In this document: positions 9,613 to 20,104 of the stretch, in pieces | How the letters are laid out: the number at the start of each line of letters is the position of its first letter | Position numbering within the stretch: the first letter of the stretch is position 1 | Source: an uncultured virus (IMG/VR IMGVR_UViG_3300029305_011943) | Lineage: Duplodnaviria; Heunggongvirae; Uroviricota; Caudoviricetes | Strand: one strand, 5' to 3' | Length of the DNA stretch: 64,000 nt | IMG/VR virus record: IMGVR_UViG_3300029305_011943 | The notes under the pieces: generated by a model | Told to the model about the DNA's origin: nothing | The model's input: the letters and a program-made list of their open reading frames with translations, nothing else | Databases searched by the model: none | Made by a program: the position numbers and the translations under genes

Positions 9613-11568
9613 TTGAGCAGACGTGTACTTTCCATCGACTTAGAAACCTATTCGGATGTTGACCTCCCGAACTGCGGTGTGTACCGCTATGTAGAGGGAG
9701 ATTTTCATATCCTGCTGTTCGCATATGCATTTGACGATGACGAAACAAAATGCGTGGATATGGCCTGCGGGGAGCAACTCCCGGCAGAGGTCGTGGATGC
9801 GCTGCAGGATGACAGTATTATAAAATCGGCATGGAATGCACAGTTTGAGCGCACCTGTCTTTCAAAATATCTCGGCACACAGCTTTCCCCGGATGCATGG
9901 CAATGCACGATGGTCTGGGCGGCATCGCTGTCCCTGCCGCTGAAGCTGGCAACTGCAGCACAGGCTCTGAAGACCGCACAGCAGAAAGACGCTGTCGGAG
10001 AGCGCCTGATCCGCTATTTCTCTCTGCCCTGTAAGCCCACCAAAGCAAACGGCGGCAGAACAAGGAATCTGCCGGAGCATGCCCCCGAAGACTGGAAGCT
10101 GTTCAAAAGCTACTGCATACAGGACGTAGAGACTGAGCGGGATATCCGCCGGAGACTTGAAAAGTTCCCACTTATGCCGCAGGAGTGGGACTTCTACCAC
10201 ATGGATCAGCGGATCAATGACCGCGGGATTCTGATAGACAAAGAGCTTGTGCAGCAGGCGATCATCTGCAATATGGCAATGTCCGAAGAAATGACGAAAC
10301 GAGCCTATGCTCTCACGGGACTTGAAAATCCGAATTCTGTATCCCAGCTGAAAGGCTGGCTGGAGGAGCGCGGCATTGAGGTCGATTCTCTCGGAAAAAA
10401 GAATGTCGCTTCTCTTATCACAGACCTCGACAGGCACAGCGCAGACGGTGAGGCTCTGGATATGATGAAGCTGCGTTTGCAGATGGCAAAGTCCTCTGTG
10501 AAAAAGTATCAGGCGGCGGAGAGATACATCTGTCAGGACGGCAGAGCGCACGGGTTATTTCAGTTCTCCGGTGCGAACCGTACACAGCGCTGGGCAGGAC
10601 GCGGGATCCAATTGCAGAATCTTCCGCAGAACCACATCTCTACCCTCGATGAAGCCCGTGAGCTTGTGAAAATGGGCTGTTTTGATATGATTGAAGCGCT
10701 GTACGGCAATACACCGGATATCCTGTCACAGCTTATCCGCACGATGCTCATTCCGAAGGACGGCTGTGAATTTATCGTTGCGGACTTCTCCGCTATTGAA
10801 GCGAGGGTGCTTGCATGGCTTGCCGGAGAGCAATGGCGGTTGGATGCTTTCACAGAAGGAAAAGACATCTACTGTGCTTCCGCATCGCAGATGTTCGGCG
10901 TTCCGGTCGTGAAGCACGGAATCAACGGCGAACTGCGGCAGAAAGGCAAGGTCGCTGAACTGGCCTGTGGTTACGGCGGCGGTTCCGGTGCGCTGATCTC
11001 TATGGGCGCGCTGGATATGGGACTGAAAGAGGATGAACTTCCCGACATTATTTCAAGCTGGCGTGACGCTAACCCGGATATCGTAAAATTCTGGTATGCC
11101 GTAGAGAAAGCTGCAGTAGAGACTGTCAAGGATCACGCAGACAGAACGGTCGGTCGCATAGGATTCCAGTTCTCGGCAAATACACTGTGGATCGTGCTGC
11201 CGTCCGGACGCAGGCTTGCCTACATCAAACCGAAGCTGCAGCCGAACCGCTTCGGGCGCATGGCACTGACCTTTGAAGGGCTCGGCGCAAACAACAAATG
11301 GACACGCGGTGAAACCTATTCCGGCAAGCTGACAGAGAACATCACACAGGCAACTGCCCGTGACCTGCTTGCGGAGGCAATGCGCCGGATGGAGCTTGCA
11401 GGGCTTGACATTGTCGGCCATGTACACGATGAGGTCATTCTTGAAGTGCCGAAAGAACAATACACTGTCGATGATGTGTGCAATATCATGAACCGGAATC
11501 CGGACTGGGCGGACGGTCTGCCGCTGTCCTCCGCCGGATATACAGGCAATTATTATTTCAAAGACTAG
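9613..11568 (+). CDS. Phage family A DNA polymerase (3'-5' exonuclease plus polymerase)
   Basis: Exo IDLET; motif A ADFSAIEARV; motif B RQKGKVAELACGYG; motif C HVHDE; TTG start. Confidence 0.95.
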   Translation: MSRRVLSIDLETYSDVDLPNCGVYRYVEGDFHILLFAYAFDDDETKCVDMACGEQLPAEVVDALQDDSIIKSAWNAQFERTCLSKYLGTQLSPDAWQCTMVWAASLSLPLKLATAAQALKTAQQKDAVGERLIRYFSLPCKPTKANGGRTRNLPEHAPEDWKLFKSYCIQDVETERDIRRRLEKFPLMPQEWDFYHMDQRINDRGILIDKELVQQAIICNMAMSEEMTKRAYALTGLENPNSVSQLKGWLEERGIEVDSLGKKNVASLITDLDRHSADGEALDMMKLRLQMAKSSVKKYQAAERYICQDGRAHGLFQFSGANRTQRWAGRGIQLQNLPQNHISTLDEARELVKMGCFDMIEALYGNTPDILSQLIRTMLIPKDGCEFIVADFSAIEARVLAWLAGEQWRLDAFTEGKDIYCASASQMFGVPVVKHGINGELRQKGKVAELACGYGGGSGALISMGALDMGLKEDELPDIISSWRDANPDIVKFWYAVEKAAVETVKDHADRTVGRIGFQFSANTLWIVLPSGRRLAYIKPKLQPNRFGRMALTFEGLGANNKWTRGETYSGKLTENITQATARDLLAEAMRRMELAGLDIVGHVHDEVILEVPKEQYTVDDVCNIMNRNPDWADGLPLSSAGYTGNYYFKD

Positions 11569-11580
11569 GAGGATATTTCT

Positions 11581-12630
11581 ATGAAACAGGGACGAGCATT
11601 ACCGGAGGTGCTGACAGAGCTTCAGCGTCAGAATGCGGCAAAGCAGGACTATATCGGTGCGGCGGAGGCATTCCGTCTGGATGAGGACGGCAGCACCTTC
11701 CGCATCGGAGACGATCACAGCTTCGGCACAACACAGCTTTTTCACCGCCAGGTGGCATCGGCACTCGGTATCCCCGCGAGATATTATGACATGATGCAGA
11801 AACAAAAGCCCGAGCTTCTGGCAGATAACGTGAACGCATGGTTTTCTGATAAGGGCAGCAGCTATATGGTGCGTACCCTTGATTACGGCAGCGGACAGGT
11901 CGCCCGTGCGCTCCTCTCCGACCGCTATCGCCGTATCGACAACCTTGAAATTGCATCGGCGGTGCTGCCGCTGTTTGCGGGGCAGGACGGTATGGAAGTA
12001 ATGTCCTGTGAGGTGACAGAAAACCGTCTGTATCTGAAAATCGTCAATCACCGTCTTGAAATGGCGTGTGTCGGTGACAGAGTTCAGGCAGGCGTTATCA
12101 TTTCTAATTCTGAGGTTGGTCTCGGTGCTGTCTCAGTTCAGCCTTTGGTATATACCCTTGCCTGCACCAACGGCATGGTGGTCAACAGTATGGGCGAACG
12201 CCGTACCCATGTGGGCAGAGCGGCAAAAGCTCTCGAAGACAGCTTCAATATCTATACCGATGAAACGCTTGAAGCCGAAGATAAGGCGTTCATGCTGAAA
12301 CTGCGTGATACAACCCTTGCGGCAATTGAAGAGACACGCTTCACGCAGATCGTCGGTGTTCTGGAACAAAGCCACGGTGCGAAGATTACCGGCAGAGTTC
12401 AGGATGTCATCGAACTGACCGGCAAGGCATATAACCTGAATCAGCCGGAACAGGACAGCATCCTGAACTATCTCATCAAGGGCGGCGACCTCTCCCTCTA
12501 CGGCCTGAGCAATGCCATCACGCGGGCTTCGCAGGATGTAGAATCCTACGACAGAGCCACTGCGCTCGAAGGCATCGGCTGGCAGGTCGCAACTATGCCG
12601 GCAAATCAGTGGAAGGAGATCAATGCATGA
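11581..12630 (+). CDS. DUF932 family protein
   Basis: RALLSDRYRRIDN, ISNSEVGLG, LACTNGMV. Confidence 0.8.
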   Translation: MKQGRALPEVLTELQRQNAAKQDYIGAAEAFRLDEDGSTFRIGDDHSFGTTQLFHRQVASALGIPARYYDMMQKQKPELLADNVNAWFSDKGSSYMVRTLDYGSGQVARALLSDRYRRIDNLEIASAVLPLFAGQDGMEVMSCEVTENRLYLKIVNHRLEMACVGDRVQAGVIISNSEVGLGAVSVQPLVYTLACTNGMVVNSMGERRTHVGRAAKALEDSFNIYTDETLEAEDKAFMLKLRDTTLAAIEETRFTQIVGVLEQSHGAKITGRVQDVIELTGKAYNLNQPEQDSILNYLIKGGDLSLYGLSNAITRASQDVESYDRATALEGIGWQVATMPANQWKEINA

Positions 12631-12851
12631 GCAGAACGTGGAAAGACCGCAGGGGCTACAAGTCCCATAAGAGAGTAAAGCATTCGACCTATCAGTTTTA
12701 TAACCGTGGTGGCTATGATGATTATGACCACAGTGATGAGGAGCTGTATGTAGACGACCAGTGCTGCGGAAACTGCCGCTATTGCGGGAACTGTTATCAT
12801 ACGCCGTTCCCGTCCGGCTGGTGCGAATACTGGAAGGACGGCAGACATTGA
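12627..12851 (+). CDS. Small Cys-rich hypothetical protein
   Basis: CCGNCRYC...WCEYW; coupled by an ATGA overlap. Confidence 0.6.
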   Translation: MSRTWKDRRGYKSHKRVKHSTYQFYNRGGYDDYDHSDEELYVDDQCCGNCRYCGNCYHTPFPSGWCEYWKDGRH

Positions 12852-13306
12852 GAGAATATGTTGTTGAGAACGAGTTTGTCAAGGCGGTCAAGGCTGCAGG
12901 CGGTGTGGCATATAAGCTGACATCGCAGACTGCCAACGGATTGCCGGACAGACTCGTTCTGTTCTTTCCTGCCAAGACAGTATTCGTGGAACTGAAAGCA
13001 CCAGGAAAAATGATGCGTCCGCTTCAGAGAAAACGTAGGTATCAGCTGATGAAGTTGGGATTTCCAGTTCTATGCATCGACAAGCTGTATCAGATCAAAC
13101 CGTGCATAGACGCAATACTGTCATGGACGCCCGGTGAGCCGTTTCCGGAGGGCATCGGCGCAAAGATTCCCGATTTGGAGATGGCAACGCTCCCTGCGGA
13201 GCATAACGATTTTGATGATTTCGGTGAAACGCTTGAACCGATAGACCCGGACGATCTGGCAGGATTCTATGAACTTGACGCTGACGAGGGAGGTGATGTC
13301 CTATGA
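12848..13306 (+). CDS. VRR-NUC domain nuclease
   Basis: GLPDRLVL...FVELKAPGK; TTG start. Confidence 0.9.
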   Translation: MREYVVENEFVKAVKAAGGVAYKLTSQTANGLPDRLVLFFPAKTVFVELKAPGKMMRPLQRKRRYQLMKLGFPVLCIDKLYQIKPCIDAILSWTPGEPFPEGIGAKIPDLEMATLPAEHNDFDDFGETLEPIDPDDLAGFYELDADEGGDVL

Positions 13307-14677
13307 AGTTCGTGCCACATGATTATCAGAGCTATTGCGTGGAATATATCAAAACACACCCTGTTTCAGCTCTCTTCCTTGACATGGGCTTGGGTTGACA
13401 AGACTGTAACTACATTAACAGCAATCAATGACCTGATGTTCGATGAGCTGAAAGTCAATAAGGTACTGGTCATAGGTCCTCTTAGAGTCGCCCGTGATAC
13501 GTGGCCTGCCGAAGTACAGAAATGGGATCATTTGCAGGATATTGAGGTATCTGTCATTGTGGGTTCCGTAAAAGAGCGCACTGCGGCGGTAAATCATAAT
13601 GCTTTCATTTACATTGTGAACCGAGAGAATGTGAAATGGCTTGTGGAGTATTATGAGAAAAACGGTCTCCGCTGGGATTTTGATATGATCGTCATTGATG
13701 AATTATCCTCGTTCAAAAACTATCAGTCACAGCGTTTCAAATGGCTGCGGAAGGTTCGACCGTTCGTAAAACGCTGGGTCGGTTTGACAGGAACACCGAC
13801 CTCAAACGGTCTCATGGATCTGTGGGCTGAGATCGGTATCCTTGACGGCGGTGAACGGCTCGGACGGTTTATCGGTCGCTTTCGTGAAAGCTATTTCAAG
13901 CCCGGAAGCATGAATCCTTCTACTGGTGTGGTGTTCTCATATACACCCCGTCCCGGTGCGGAAGAGCAGATATATCAGAAAATCTCGGATATTACAATTT
14001 CTATGAAAGCCCTTGACTATCTGGATATGCCAGAGTGCGTGTATGTCAACCATGATGTGGAGATGAACACGGTGGAGCGAAAGCTCTACAATCAGCTCAA
14101 GCACGACCTTATCATCCCGCTTGAAGACGGCGATATTGATGCTGCCAACGCTGCATCACTTTCAAACAAACTCCTGCAAATGGCCAACGGTGCTGTCTAT
14201 GACGAAAACAAGGAAGCGCGTGTTATTCACGATCACAAGCTGGAAATGCTGGAAGACCTGATCGAAGCCGCCAACGGACAGCCTGTGCTGATCGGATACT
14301 GGTTCAAGCATGACCGCACTCGTATCATTGAGCATCTGACCGTATGCGGCTATGCTCCGAGGGATATTAAGGATTCCGACGATATCACAGACTGGAATGC
14401 AGGAAACATCCCTGTCGCTCTCATACACCCTGCATCGGCAGGACACGGACTCAATATTCAGTCCGGCGGTCACATCCTGATCTGGTTTGGACTGACGTGG
14501 AGCCTTGAGCTGTATCAGCAGACCAACGCAAGACTCTGGCGACAGGGGCAGCAGAACACCGTCACGATCCACCACATCGTAACAAAAGACACTGTGGATG
14601 AAGATGTCCTGAAAGCCCTCGCTTCAAAGGACGTAACGCAGGAGAAACTGATTGCGGCAGTCAAGGCAAGATTGTAA
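13303..14677 (+). pseudogene. SNF2-family helicase interrupted in Walker A (pseudogene or recoded gene)
   Basis: ATG 13303 (GGAGG RBS) gives MKFVPHDYQ...FLDMGLG then TGA at 13396-13398; KT and the remainder (IDELSSFK, LTGTP, QTNARLWRQGQ) continue in the +1 frame from 13400. Confidence 0.85.
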
Positions 14678-14774
14678 CCTTATACAGTCAGTATGATCTG
14701 CCCCTTATTGACGACAGAAAGACGGCAAAGCGGCGACAATTCGGTAACGCCGCATTATTTTGGAGGTGAAAAAT

Positions 14775-15278
14775 ATGGCTCGTAAGAATAACCGCCTGAA
14801 AACAGAATACCACAGAGGTCTCGGCTTTGATCCGAGAAAATATATCACGGCACCGGCAAAGCCTGTGCATTATAAGCATCCGGATACAGACCGCACACCT
14901 CAACGCGGCGATATCTGGTTTGCCAACCTCGGCAGCCATCCGCAGAGCAGCGTGCAGTCGGGATGCAGACCTGTCATCGTTATTTCCAATAACATCGGGA
15001 ACGCTCATGCGGATACCGTGAATGTGCTTCCGCTTACCAGACACATGAAGAAGCCGGAGCTGCCTTGCCACACGGAGCTGACTCCCGGAGATATCATCGA
15101 CACACATCAGATTCTGGATACCTCGATGATTCTTGCCGAGCAGATCACGACGATCGGCAAAAACACACTGCTGAACTATGTCGGTAAAATTGCCGATATC
15201 GCTGTCATGCAACGTATTGATCATGCTGTACTGACACAGCTCGGTCTCAGTCACAAGGAGGAATGCAAATGCCTGTAA
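14775..15278 (+). CDS. PemK/MazF family endoribonuclease toxin-like protein
   Basis: RGDIWFANLG...QSGCRPVIVISN...ILAEQITTIGK. Confidence 0.85.
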   Translation: MARKNNRLKTEYHRGLGFDPRKYITAPAKPVHYKHPDTDRTPQRGDIWFANLGSHPQSSVQSGCRPVIVISNNIGNAHADTVNVLPLTRHMKKPELPCHTELTPGDIIDTHQILDTSMILAEQITTIGKNTLLNYVGKIADIAVMQRIDHAVLTQLGLSHKEECKCL

Positions 15279-17722
15279 ATTTCGTAAATATCCCGGACGC
15301 ACTGAAGCAGTCTGCTTCCTTCTGCGTCTGGAAACTTGAAAAGCGAGGCGGCCGCCCGACCAAGGTACCGTATGATCCGAGAACACGACAGATGGCGAAA
15401 ACAAACGAACCTTCTACATTTACCGACTTCAATACTGCGATGAAGGCGTATGCTATCGGCGGCTGGGACGGTATCGGCTATCGTGTGTCAGAAGGTATCG
15501 GTGCAATCGACATCGACCACTGTATCCGAGAGGACGGCAGTCTGAATGATGTCGCAGCATCTATTCTCGGCATCTTCTCAACTGCCTATTTTGAAAAATC
15601 TCCGTCCGGTACCGGACTCCGTGGTTTCTTCAAACTCAGCCCCGATTTCGCTTACGATAAGACCGTGTATTACATCAACAACCGTAAGCACGGTCTGGAG
15701 GTCTATTTGCCGGGAACTACAAACCGTTTTGTGACCGTCACCGGAGATATGTTTCGCCCCGGAACCGTTGAGCGTGATGATGATGCGCTCCGCAATCTGC
15801 TCGACACCTTCATGAAGCGCAGCACCCGTGTATCCAATAAGAACATTGAGCCTGCATCCTATCTGGACGATGAAGGTGTTATTGCTCACGCATCCGCGTC
15901 TGCGTCCGGAGATAAGTTCAAGGCTCTGTATGCCGGCAACTGGGAGGAAGGCTACGATTCGCAGTCCGATGCAGATATGGCGTTTGTGTCCATGCTCTGC
16001 TTCTGGTGCGGCAATGTGGAGGAGCAGATCGACCGTATCTTCCGTTCATCGGGGCTTATGCGTGATAAGTGGGATCGTATGACCGGTGACCGCACTTACG
16101 GACAGATCACCATCCGAAATGCAATTGCATCGACTTCCGAGATCTACACACCGATTGCCGATTCTTCCGCCGAGGATGATTTTGAGGATATTGAGGGTGA
16201 AGCAGATACGGAACAGCTTATGTTTGAGCCTGATTTCACCCACATCACCCTGACACTGGAACAGATGCAACCACATACAAATCCCAGATATCAGCGTGAC
16301 GAGATCGGTATCGGTTATGCGTTTGCTGATTTCTATAAGCCTATTGCCCGATTCAACCGTGAACGAGGTATCTGGTATGTCTATGACGGTGCAGTCTGGC
16401 GGCCGGACGAGAATGCTCTTGCTGTGGCGGAGCTTGCGAAAAAGCTGGCGGACAGGCTGTACACATTCGCCTTGCAGATCAAGGATGAGGATACTCGCAA
16501 CAGATATATCAAACGTGTGCAGAAGCTCCAGCTCCGCAAGAACCGCCGCACCATGATCGAAGATGCAAAGTCGGTGTATCCGGTATCGCACGGTCTGTTC
16601 GACCACAATACTGATTTGTTTAACTGCAAAAACGGCACACTGAATCTCACCACAGGTGAATTCAAGCCGCACGATCCGGCGGACTTTCTCACAATGATGT
16701 CCGGCATCACTTATGATCCGAAAGCTACCTGTCCAAGATGGGAGCAGTTTATCTCTGAGGTTATGTGCAACGATGCCGATCTCGCCTTATATTTGCAGAA
16801 AGCTCTCGGTTATGCCCTCACGGGCGACACTTCTCTTGAGTGTCTGTTTATCCTCTACGGTGCGACTTCCCGTAACGGCAAAGGTACCACGATGGAGACC
16901 TTTTTGCAGATTGTCGGTGATTACGGCAAGACCTCAAACCCGGAAATGCTCTCTACCAAATTCGGCAACACAAATGCCTCCGGCCCGTCCGAGGAGATTG
17001 CCCGCCTTGCAGGTATCCGTTTTGTGAACATCTCCGAGCCGGAAAAGAAGATCACCTTCAATGCAGCACTGGTCAAGAGAATGACGGGTAATGATACGCT
17101 GAACGCTCGTTTTCTGCATGAGAACAGCTTCGATTTCAAGCCGAATTTCAAGATTTTCATCAACACCAACTATAAGCCGTCCGTGTCGGATATGACGCTG
17201 TTTTACTCCTGCCGTCTGAAGCTCATCCCGTTCAAGCGTCACTTTGAAGAGCATGAGCAGGACAAGGGCTTGAAGGCGTTTTTCGCAGAGGAAAACAACC
17301 TCTCTGCAATCTTTAACTGGTGCTATGAGGGGTACAAGCTGTTCAGAAAGCAGGGATTAGACGATCCGACAGCGGTAACGCAGGCTACAAAGGAATATGA
17401 GGCGGAGTCTGACCGTATCGGGCAGTTTGTTGATGCTTGGCTCGAAGAAGGCGAAGCATACGAAGAACGTACTTCGGCGGTGTATCGTTTGTATGGTCAG
17501 TGGTGCGACAAGTATGGCTACCGCAAAGAAAACAGCAGCAACTTCAATAATGCAATCCAGCGTTTCTTCCCTATCATTCGCAAGCGTCCGGATGATGGCA
17601 GCGGTGGTCCTACAACTATGCTTGTCGGTTGCCGTTTTCTGAAACATGAAAACGGTGAACAGGATCATGCCGCAACAGAGGATGATGCTGCCTTTGCGGA
17701 TTCGTCCGATGTGATGTCATGA
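15269..17722 (+). CDS. P4/D5-family primase-helicase with N-terminal primase-polymerase region
   Basis: AIDIDHC, EKSPSGTG; D5_N region; Walker A YGATSRNGKGT; INTNYKP. Confidence 0.92.
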   Translation: MPVNFVNIPDALKQSASFCVWKLEKRGGRPTKVPYDPRTRQMAKTNEPSTFTDFNTAMKAYAIGGWDGIGYRVSEGIGAIDIDHCIREDGSLNDVAASILGIFSTAYFEKSPSGTGLRGFFKLSPDFAYDKTVYYINNRKHGLEVYLPGTTNRFVTVTGDMFRPGTVERDDDALRNLLDTFMKRSTRVSNKNIEPASYLDDEGVIAHASASASGDKFKALYAGNWEEGYDSQSDADMAFVSMLCFWCGNVEEQIDRIFRSSGLMRDKWDRMTGDRTYGQITIRNAIASTSEIYTPIADSSAEDDFEDIEGEADTEQLMFEPDFTHITLTLEQMQPHTNPRYQRDEIGIGYAFADFYKPIARFNRERGIWYVYDGAVWRPDENALAVAELAKKLADRLYTFALQIKDEDTRNRYIKRVQKLQLRKNRRTMIEDAKSVYPVSHGLFDHNTDLFNCKNGTLNLTTGEFKPHDPADFLTMMSGITYDPKATCPRWEQFISEVMCNDADLALYLQKALGYALTGDTSLECLFILYGATSRNGKGTTMETFLQIVGDYGKTSNPEMLSTKFGNTNASGPSEEIARLAGIRFVNISEPEKKITFNAALVKRMTGNDTLNARFLHENSFDFKPNFKIFINTNYKPSVSDMTLFYSCRLKLIPFKRHFEEHEQDKGLKAFFAEENNLSAIFNWCYEGYKLFRKQGLDDPTAVTQATKEYEAESDRIGQFVDAWLEEGEAYEERTSAVYRLYGQWCDKYGYRKENSSNFNNAIQRFFPIIRKRPDDGSGGPTTMLVGCRFLKHENGEQDHAATEDDAAFADSSDVMS

Positions 17723-17749
17723 GCCACTACATGGCAAAGTGTAGTTGCT

Positions 17750-17912
17750 TGTAGCAACTTGTAGCTTGGAAAGCTTGATTGAATTATACCGTTTTCTTCG
17801 ATTCTACGCTATTTTCGTGCTTTGTAGCAGACTGTAGCAAGTTTTTACGGTCTTTATATATATTATTTCTCTTTATATATATTACTATTATTACTTGCTA
17901 CATCTTGCTACA
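17750..17912. other. Putative replication origin: converging TGTAGC(AAG) iterons around an AT-rich core
   Basis: TGTAGC at 17750, 17760, 17823, 17833; inverted CTTGCTACA at 17894 and 17904; AT-rich 17851-17893; lies just after the primase. Confidence 0.7.
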
Positions 17913-18076
17913 AATATAAAGAAATAATAGAAAAGATAAGAAGAATAGAGAAAAATCAACATTTGAACCATTATCGCCGTTTGCATTTGCCGACTGCTGT
18001 AACTGACAAAGAGTGTGTAAGCGACAAAGCATGGCAGGTGCAAAAGAAATCTGAAATAATCAGGAGGACAAAGAAT

Positions 18077-19192
18077 ATGAAAATCATCACTTGTGAACAG
18101 GTATCCGCAGGGCACCCCGACAAGGTCTGTGACCAGATCGCAGACGCCATCGTGACCGACTGCCTTCAGCATGATCACAATTCCCGTGTCGCCATTGAGT
18201 GCCTTTTCAAGAACCGCACTCTTGTTATCGCCGGTGAACTGACAAGCACACATGAACCGAACTACAGACTACTCGTGGCCGAGGTGCTTGACCGCATCAA
18301 CAACGGCACAGCCGAGGACGAAGATGCACCGACAAGCAGCACCGATGCCGGCATGGATTACAAGCTCGATTTCACTGTCGATGAGCTGAACATCGAGATT
18401 CTGGTGGATCATCAGAGCGGTGACATCGCTCTCGGTGTGGATAAGGGAGGTGCAGGGGATCAGGGAATTATGTTCGGGTATGCGACCAATGAAACGCCAG
18501 AGCTTCTGCCAATCCCGTTTGTGATTGCAACGAGATTCCTGCGTATGCTCAAAGCCTATCCCTGCCGTATGCTGAAAGCGGATGCCAAGGCACAGGTCAG
18601 CTTCGACTATGACAGCGGCAGGATCACGACCTTCCTCTGCTCGGTTCAGCATATCCGCGATGTAGATGTCGAGGATTTCAGACATATCATCGAAAAGCTG
18701 ATGGTGAGAACAGCAACCGCCTACGGACTGAATACCGACTTCTTAAAGCTGGTAAATCCCACAGGCAGATTTGTTCTCGGCAGCTCCTTTGCGGACTGCG
18801 GCGTGACCGGACGCAAGCTCGCCTGCGATACCTACGGCGGCATCGGACACATCGGCGGTGGCGCGATGTCAGGCAAAGACCCGTCAAAGGTTGACCGCAG
18901 TGCTGCGTATATGGCTCGTAAAATTGCGAGGGATATCGTCAGTGCCGGATATGCGGACAAAGCGGAGGTACAGATCGCATATGCCATCGGAGTGGCTGAA
19001 CCCGTCAGCATCTATGTTGATACCTTCGGCACGGAACATCAGGATACAGAGTTCATCGCACAGTACGTCCGTGAGAACTATGACCTCACTCCGAGAGGAA
19101 TCATTGACAGCCTCGGTCTGCTGGATGTGGATTACAACAAGGTTTCTGCCTACGGACACTACGGAAAAAAGGGGCTTCCGTGGGAGTGCTAA
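18077..19192 (+). CDS. metK: S-adenosylmethionine synthetase
   Basis: EQVSAGHPDKVCDQIAD, GAGDQG, GGGAMSGKDPSKVDRSAAY. Confidence 0.95.
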   Translation: MKIITCEQVSAGHPDKVCDQIADAIVTDCLQHDHNSRVAIECLFKNRTLVIAGELTSTHEPNYRLLVAEVLDRINNGTAEDEDAPTSSTDAGMDYKLDFTVDELNIEILVDHQSGDIALGVDKGGAGDQGIMFGYATNETPELLPIPFVIATRFLRMLKAYPCRMLKADAKAQVSFDYDSGRITTFLCSVQHIRDVDVEDFRHIIEKLMVRTATAYGLNTDFLKLVNPTGRFVLGSSFADCGVTGRKLACDTYGGIGHIGGGAMSGKDPSKVDRSAAYMARKIARDIVSAGYADKAEVQIAYAIGVAEPVSIYVDTFGTEHQDTEFIAQYVRENYDLTPRGIIDSLGLLDVDYNKVSAYGHYGKKGLPWEC

Positions 19193-19218
19193 AAAAATTT
19201 TTGAGTTTTTTTATTTTC

Positions 19219-19263
19219 GACTTCTCAAACAGCCTCTCCCACACTATATAGTAGAGGCTCTTT
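19219..19263 (+). repeat. 45-bp repeat copy 2 (candidate phage-specific promoter)
   Basis: 41/45 identical to 6737-6781; directly upstream of the HNH gene. Confidence 0.8.
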
Positions 19264-19293
19264 TACGAGGGCTGACAAACGGAGGTGAAGCCA

Positions 19294-19653
19294 ATGCCAA
19301 GCAGACCGAACACACCGTGCAGGCATCCCGGCTGTGCAGCCCTTGTTCCCTATGGCAGCAAGTACTGTGACAAGCACCGTTCCCTCCACCCGGAGGACAC
19401 ACGATCCGCAGGCAGCCGAGGCTACGGCACCGCATGGAACAGAGCCCGCAAGCGTTATCTTGAGACGCACCCACTGTGTGTGGAGTGCATGAAGCAAGGA
19501 CGCTATGTCAAGGCAACCGATGTCGATCACATCAAGCCGCACCGAGGAGACAGTGTACTGTTCTGGGATCAGAGCAACTGGCAGAGCCTCTGTCACCGAC
19601 ACCACAGTATCAAAACCCGAAACGAAGACCACACCCCTGAGTACAAGTACTGA
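19294..19653 (+). CDS. HNH endonuclease (HK97 gp74-like packaging cofactor)
   Basis: PLCVEC...VDHIKPH...NWQSLCHRHHSIKT. Confidence 0.92.
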   Translation: MPSRPNTPCRHPGCAALVPYGSKYCDKHRSLHPEDTRSAGSRGYGTAWNRARKRYLETHPLCVECMKQGRYVKATDVDHIKPHRGDSVLFWDQSNWQSLCHRHHSIKTRNEDHTPEYKY

Positions 19654-19699
19654 AAGCAAGCCACACTTACTATCGTTGCGGTTCAGGCAGGCTCAGGGG

Positions 19700-19830
19700 T
19701 GTACCTATGGGCGGGGCCGGGGGCTGGGGCTGCCCCGGGGGGCGGGTCAGAATCTCTGCGGGATACCGAACAGAAGACCGTCGGCCCCTCTCGTGTGAAA
19801 AAACGCGAAATTGTAGGGCCCCCGGTCAAC
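19700..19830. other. Probable cos region
   Basis: G-rich GGGGGGCGGGTCAGAATCTCT...CGCGAAATT just after the HNH gene, where cos lies in HK97-like phages; cut site not determined. Confidence 0.5.
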
Positions 19831-20104
19831 CGGGACCCTGATAGAAATTGAAATATGGAATGCATAGAAAAGTGAAAGTACTGATTTATCGTGCTTTTCC
19901 AAATGCTGCCGCAGTTTTTGCCGGCAGCGGTGTACATACGGCGTTTCGTCACAAACCGCATCGTAAAACGGCGATTTTTCACGCAAAAAGATGTAAAAAC
20001 AGCTTCGTTTTAGCATTTTACCGCATTTTGAGATTGCGGTCTTGGCGAAGCCAGTGTGGATACCGAAAACCGCATAATTTCAGAAGATTTGAGGTGGCAA
20101 GCAG

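Noticed and set aside
13379..13401. Two TTGACA hexamers at the helicase break as promoters
   Set aside because: No acceptable -10 box at 16-18 bp from either.
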